In this document: one piece after another, positions 59,436-64,000 of the stretch
How the letters are laid out: the number at the start of each line of letters is the position of its first letter
Position numbering within the stretch: position 1 is the stretch's first letter
NCBI GenBank assembly: GCA_965198225.1
Contig: CBDAOY010000007.1
Location: 192,001 to 256,000, forward strand
Source: Terriglobia bacterium
GTDB taxonomy: Bacteria; Acidobacteriota; Terriglobia; 20CM-2-55-15
Reading direction: 5' to 3'
Length of the DNA: 64,000 bases
Program-made: the position numbers and the translations under genes
Notes under the pieces: generated by a model
The model's database searches: none
Told to the model about the DNA's origin: nothing
What the model saw: only the letters and a program-made list of their open reading frames with translations

Positions 59436-61466
59436 ATGAAATGGAGTCACATTTTTCTATTTGCCCTGGGTGTTGCCGCCTCGACGGCCCGGTATCTTTC
59501 GAGTCCGTTCCCGGCCGGATCGGAGAACCCTGTCGTCGCGCTCATGGCCCTGAATGCGCCCGTGCTTCTGTCGCTGATGCACGGCTGGTATGCCGCCATG
59601 CCTGGTGTCGTTGTGTTCATCGGCGGGACACTCGCCTTGGGCGTTTGGCGGGTCTGGTTCGAGTCGGGTCCACGGAAGAAACACGGCAAGGGCGAGCTGC
59701 CCCCGTGGCCGATCGCCCCATCGGACGAGCGCCCAGCCATCGTCGTCGGGGAGACGCATCACCCGGTCGAGGCGCGAGAGGTTCCCGACCCGCACTGGCT
59801 CGTGATCCCGGAGCGGGGGCTCTACACCGGAGTCGCCATCTTTGGCGCGGTCGGGTCCGGAAAGACCTCGGCTTGCATGAACCCGTTTGCCCGGCAATTG
59901 CTCGGCTGGCAAGCCACGAAACCCGAGCGGCGGGCCGCCGCCCTGGTCCTCGAAGTCAAGGGGGATTTCTGCTACGACATCCGGGAGATTCTGACAACTG
60001 CGGGCCGGGAAGACGATTACATGGAGCTTGGCATGGGCGGGAAATGGCAGTGGAACCCCCTGGGCGCGTACTGGCTCGATTCCTACTCCCTGGCCTATAC
60101 CGTGTCGTCTCTCCTGAATCAGTTGTTCGGGAAGGGGAAAGACCCGTTCTGGCAGCAAGCCTACACGAACCTGGTGAAGTGGATTATTGAGCTGCACCGG
60201 ATTTTTCCCGACCGCTGGGTGACCTTGCGGGATGTCTACCGATGCGCGATCAACCCGGAACTGTTCAAGCAAAAAATCGGCCAAGCGGCGGTTGTCGTGA
60301 AGAGTCAGGAGAACGGGGCCATCGTGGTTTCGGTCGGTGATTGGAAAGCCCACGAGGAACTGGCCGACTCCGGGCCGTGGGCTGAACTTTCAGGCGAGGA
60401 ATGCCAGACCCCGTGGACGGCCAAGACTGAACACTGGCTGCAAGCGCACGGCGTGGAATACCGCGTCAGCAATCCCGAGGGTCACACCGACACAGACCGT
60501 TTGGCGGCCCGCCTGGACAGTGTCGCGACCTGGTACAGCCAAGATTGGATGAAGCTGGACTCGAAACTGCGGACCTCGTGCGTCGAGGGGATTTCCAGTT
60601 TCCTGTCTCTGTTCGACATGGAGGACGTGGCCGCCATTTTCTGTCCCAAGGCACCACCCCGGCCGGGCAGCGGCAATGAAGCCGGGAATGGTGACGGGCG
60701 GCCGCCGGTGCCGGCCGCCGGAATGCGAAAGCATCTTCCGGTCCTGGATGAGCTGATCGAGACCGGAAAAGTCCTGGCGCTCAACATGCCCGCCGGATCG
60801 AATCCGGCGCTCGCCCGCACCGTGGGCGTGTTCCTCAAAAATGCCTGGCTCCAGACCCTGCTCCGGCGGCCGGCGCAGATGAAGCGGGAGCCGGACCGCT
60901 ACTTCCGGCCCGCCGTCTTCATTTGCGACGAATATCAATCGTTCGCTTCGGTCGGCGAGGACGACCCTAGCGGAGACGAGAAGGCGTTTGCCCTCACCCG
61001 GCAGTGCCGCGTCATCCCCATCGTCGCAACCCAATCCATATCCTCGCTCCGATCCGTCCTGGGCACCTCCGAGGCCTGGCGTGCGCTCTTGCAGACCCTG
61101 CGCACCCGGATCTTCCTCTCCCTCAGCGACGACGCAAGCGCCGACATCGCCTCGAAACTCTGCGGGCAGGTGGCCAAGATCAAGCCGAGTTGGACCGTCA
61201 CCGAATCCACACGCCAGGCCCAGGTGTCCCTGCTTTCGGGAAAGGCCGGAGGCAGCCAGGGTTCGGTCGGAACCAGCAAATCCTTCCGGGAACAGCGGGA
61301 GCCTTTGTTTCAGCCCAGGGAGTTTGCCTTGCTCCCCAATTGTCAGGCGATCTGCCTGCCCTATGACGGCACCCACGCGGCCAGCGCCGTCCGTGTTTAT
61401 CTCAAGCCGCACTACCTTCCGGTCGACACGCCCTACTGGCGCGCCGTCGAGGCGGGGCAGATATGA
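59436..61466 (+). CDS. VirD4/TraD-like type IV coupling protein
   Basis: N-terminal TM segments; Walker A GAVGSGKT, LEVKGD, FICDEYQ and VATQSISSL motifs. Confidence 0.85.
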   Translation: MKWSHIFLFALGVAASTARYLSSPFPAGSENPVVALMALNAPVLLSLMHGWYAAMPGVVVFIGGTLALGVWRVWFESGPRKKHGKGELPPWPIAPSDERPAIVVGETHHPVEAREVPDPHWLVIPERGLYTGVAIFGAVGSGKTSACMNPFARQLLGWQATKPERRAAALVLEVKGDFCYDIREILTTAGREDDYMELGMGGKWQWNPLGAYWLDSYSLAYTVSSLLNQLFGKGKDPFWQQAYTNLVKWIIELHRIFPDRWVTLRDVYRCAINPELFKQKIGQAAVVVKSQENGAIVVSVGDWKAHEELADSGPWAELSGEECQTPWTAKTEHWLQAHGVEYRVSNPEGHTDTDRLAARLDSVATWYSQDWMKLDSKLRTSCVEGISSFLSLFDMEDVAAIFCPKAPPRPGSGNEAGNGDGRPPVPAAGMRKHLPVLDELIETGKVLALNMPAGSNPALARTVGVFLKNAWLQTLLRRPAQMKREPDRYFRPAVFICDEYQSFASVGEDDPSGDEKAFALTRQCRVIPIVATQSISSLRSVLGTSEAWRALLQTLRTRIFLSLSDDASADIASKLCGQVAKIKPSWTVTESTRQAQVSLLSGKAGGSQGSVGTSKSFREQREPLFQPREFALLPNCQAICLPYDGTHAASAVRVYLKPHYLPVDTPYWRAVEAGQI

Positions 61467-62425
61467 GCGCCACCGGAGGCATGGACTACCTTCGGCCGTT
61501 TTTGCCGGGACTGGAATCGGTCCTCGAAGATGAGGACGTCAGCGAGATCATGATTAACGGTCCCGCCAACGTCTGGGTTGAAAGCCGGGGGGAAATCCGG
61601 CAGCATCCCGCGCCGGGCCTCGATCGGGCCGCGCTGGATCGTGCGGCCATTCAGATCGCGCGGCCCCTGGGTCTCGATCCGGCCACCGCGCCCATTCTCG
61701 ATGCGCGCCTGGACGATGGCTCCCGCGTGGCGATCTGTGTCCCCCCGGCCGCGCCGCACGTCGCCATCACCATCCGGCGCTTCGGAAACCGCGCATTCAC
61801 GGCCGAGCAACTCGTCGCCCAGGGTGCCCTGCCGCAGCTCGTCTACGAGACAGCCCGCTCTCTGCTCCGGTCCCGCTCGAACATCCTGGTCAGCGGGGGG
61901 ACCGGGTCGGGAAAAACCACGCTGCTCAATGCCCTGGTCGAACTGCTCCCCGACGACGACCGCATTGTTTCCATCGAGGACCCGCTGGAGCTCCGGATCG
62001 AGAGGGACAACTGTGTCCGCTTCGAGGCACGCGGCCTGACCGATGGCGTCACGATCCGCGACCTGGTCAAGCATTCTCTCCGGCACCGCCCCGACCACAT
62101 TGTGGTCGGCGAAGTCCGCGGCGGCGAGGCCGCCGACCTCCTGCAGGCGCTCAATACCGGGCACGGCGGCTCCCTGACCACCGTCCACGCGAACAACGCC
62201 CTATCGGCGCTGTCCCGGCTCGCAGCCTGCGCCATGCAGGGCGAGAGCGACCTGCCTTGGGAAGTCACCTGCCGGGGCGTGGTGGACGGGATTCAGATGG
62301 TGGTTCACATGACGCGCCGGGAAGGGCGGCGTTTTGTCGAGGAAGCCTTGCTGGTTAAAGGCTACGAAGCGGGTGAAAACCGTTGGCTCACAGAACCGAT
62401 CTGGAGGGAACACGATGATGCATGA
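61463..62425 (+). CDS. VirB11/TrbB/CpaF-family secretion ATPase
   Basis: SEIMING, GGTGSGKTT, IEDPLEL, LRHRPDHIVVGEVRG and NTGHGGSLTTVHAN motifs. Confidence 0.92.
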   Translation: MSATGGMDYLRPFLPGLESVLEDEDVSEIMINGPANVWVESRGEIRQHPAPGLDRAALDRAAIQIARPLGLDPATAPILDARLDDGSRVAICVPPAAPHVAITIRRFGNRAFTAEQLVAQGALPQLVYETARSLLRSRSNILVSGGTGSGKTTLLNALVELLPDDDRIVSIEDPLELRIERDNCVRFEARGLTDGVTIRDLVKHSLRHRPDHIVVGEVRGGEAADLLQALNTGHGGSLTTVHANNALSALSRLAACAMQGESDLPWEVTCRGVVDGIQMVVHMTRREGRRFVEEALLVKGYEAGENRWLTEPIWREHDDA

Positions 62426-62675
62426 CGAAACCAAGGACGAGACAAGGCGTGACGACATGAACTCCCAAGAGAAAGTCATACGGGTCACCTCGCTCGAAGA
62501 CTTCGACCGGGAGCTGGCGCGGGACGGAGGTGAAACCCTCGAGGTCCCGGCCTGGATGGCCACCGAGTACGGCATCTTCCCCGAGGACGTCGGCACGGAG
62601 GACGAAATCCGGGACGACGGCCAAGGGCCAGCCAGCGAAGCTATGACCAAGCGTTCGGCGGAAAGGAGCGACTGA
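62418..62675 (+). CDS. Small acidic hypothetical protein
   Basis: Overlaps the ATPase stop and is coupled (TGATG) to the next gene. Confidence 0.4.
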   Translation: MHDETKDETRRDDMNSQEKVIRVTSLEDFDRELARDGGETLEVPAWMATEYGIFPEDVGTEDEIRDDGQGPASEAMTKRSAERSD

Positions 62676-64000
62676 TGCCGCAACAAGACGATGCTCTCGT
62701 TGCGGCCATTGCGCGCAACGACCCGGCTGGCGTCGAAGCCGCCATCGGCGCGGGCGCCGATCTGAATGCCCGCCAGGGCTACAACCACACCGCCTTGTCC
62801 CGTGCCGTCGCCAATGACTCGGCCCGCCTCGCCGGCCTGTTGCTTGAGCGCGGCGCGGACCCGAACGCTCGCAGCGAGAGCGGAGAAACCCCGCTCCATC
62901 ACGCCCGGCTGGCATCCCGTGAAGTCTTCGATCGGATGATCGCAGCCAGCGCGGATCCGAACTCCGCCGACCGCATTGGCCGGACTCCGTTGCATCTCGC
63001 CGTCTCCGACCCCGATTCAGACAGCCTGGAGCGCTTCGAGCGGGTCGTCCGCTTGATCAACGCCGGGGCGGACCCGAACGCCCGCACGAATCGCCAGGAA
63101 ACCCCCTTGCACCGGGCGGCCCTTTCCTTACGCGACTCCGCTCCAACCATCCGGCAACTACTGGATGCCGGTGCGGACCCGAAGGCCCGGGACGAGCTGG
63201 GCAACACAGCCCTTCATTACGCCGCCGGCAAGTCGTCCATCGACCGGGCCTGTGCGGTGGATCACTTGCTCCGAGCCGGAGCTGGACTCCATGCCCGGAA
63301 TCTCGCCGGAGCCACGCCGCTTCATTTCGCGGCGGCCGGCGATGGGGACGGGCAAGCCAAGACAATGACCCGGCTGCTCCCCGAGCACCCTGACCTGACC
63401 ATCCGCAACGCCGACGGGCAGACGCCCCTAGACGTTGCCACCTCACCCACCGCCAAGGAAATCCTTTCCCGGCGATGGCCCGCGACTGCCCGCCAGCAAC
63501 AGGAGACAACAACCGTGAAGGAACAACCCGAGAAGAACACGCCGAAGAAACCGGACCGTACCGAGGAATACCACCGTCAGTTCGCCGACAGGATCATCAA
63601 GCAGATCGAGCAGGGCACCGCCCCGTGGCAGAAGCCGTGGAAGCCGGGCGAGCGCGTCCTCCCGTCGAACGTCGATACCGGTCGGCCCTATGCGGGCGGC
63701 AACAGCCTCCATCTGGCCGCCGTGGCGCAAGCGCGCGGCTACGCCGACGTCCGCTGGGGAACCTACCGCCAGATCCAGGCCCTCGGCGGCCAGGTCCGAA
63801 AAGGCGAGCAGGGCACCCGCATCCTGTCCTACCAGGATCACAAACGAGTTGCCGTCACTGACGAGCGGGGACAGCCCGTGACCGATTCGGAAGGCAAGCG
63901 GCCGATTCTGAGCGGCGCCGCGCCGCCCAAGACCTGGGCCTTCCCATCGACGAGAACGGGCGCGTGCACTACCCCGACGCGCAACTGGAGTACACCGGTG
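62675..64000 (+). CDS. Ankyrin repeats fused in frame to an ArdC-like (DUF1738) ssDNA-binding domain; runs off the window
   Basis: Hand translation from ATG 62675 gives ~6 ankyrin repeats, then FADRIIKQIEQGTAPWQKPW..YAGGNSLHL..RWGTYRQIQALGGQVRKGEQGT. No stop occurs, so the ORF track omits it. Confidence 0.8.
   Translation, partial: MPQQDDALVAAIARNDPAGVEAAIGAGADLNARQGYNHTALSRAVANDSARLAGLLLERGADPNARSESGETPLHHARLASREVFDRMIAASADPNSADRIGRTPLHLAVSDPDSDSLERFERVVRLINAGADPNARTNRQETPLHRAALSLRDSAPTIRQLLDAGADPKARDELGNTALHYAAGKSSIDRACAVDHLLRAGAGLHARNLAGATPLHFAAAGDGDGQAKTMTRLLPEHPDLTIRNADGQTPLDVATSPTAKEILSRRWPATARQQQETTTVKEQPEKNTPKKPDRTEEYHRQFADRIIKQIEQGTAPWQKPWKPGERVLPSNVDTGRPYAGGNSLHLAAVAQARGYADVRWGTYRQIQALGGQVRKGEQGTRILSYQDHKRVAVTDERGQPVTDSEGKRPILSGAAPPKTWAFPSTRTGACTTPTRNWSTPV

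Overview
GC-rich bacterial window; the gene content (many Hanks kinase-TolB propeller genes and a TIGR02999-like ECF sigma) suggests an Acidobacteria-like host, which is an inference. 1-21 kb: metabolic and scavenging genes, namely a flavin disulfide oxidoreductase, a pentapeptide membrane protein, a missed UGA-readthrough (selenocysteine) redoxin with a SECIS-like hairpin, a MOSC protein, a PhnD/C/E-type ABC transporter, a Tat multicopper oxidase, three phosphoesterases, an FHA-GAF-PP2C protein and a hydrolase. 21-51 kb: the most striking structure. An element of up to ~360 bp recurs (4 core copies plus 5 partial copies). It consists of paired TTGTTCAG direct repeats, a sigma70-like promoter, the 5' half of tRNA-Val stopping exactly at the end of the anticodon loop, and a conserved right arm with two more TTGTTCAG repeats. 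It looks like a tandem array of tyrosine-integrase attP-like junctions that delimit integron-like cassettes. These cassettes carry toxin-antitoxin pairs, Ser/Thr kinases with near-identical ends but swapped sensor domains, and a QueC-like/ImmA/PIN candidate defence operon. No integrase and no tRNA 3' half were seen in the window. 50-64 kb: a mosaic of gene fragments (IS91, IS1380, DUF559, PD-(D/E)XK, FN3/cadherin) running into a conjugative-element module (VirD4-like, VirB11-like, ankyrin-ArdC fusion). Many apparent frameshifts suggest assembly indels or gene decay.
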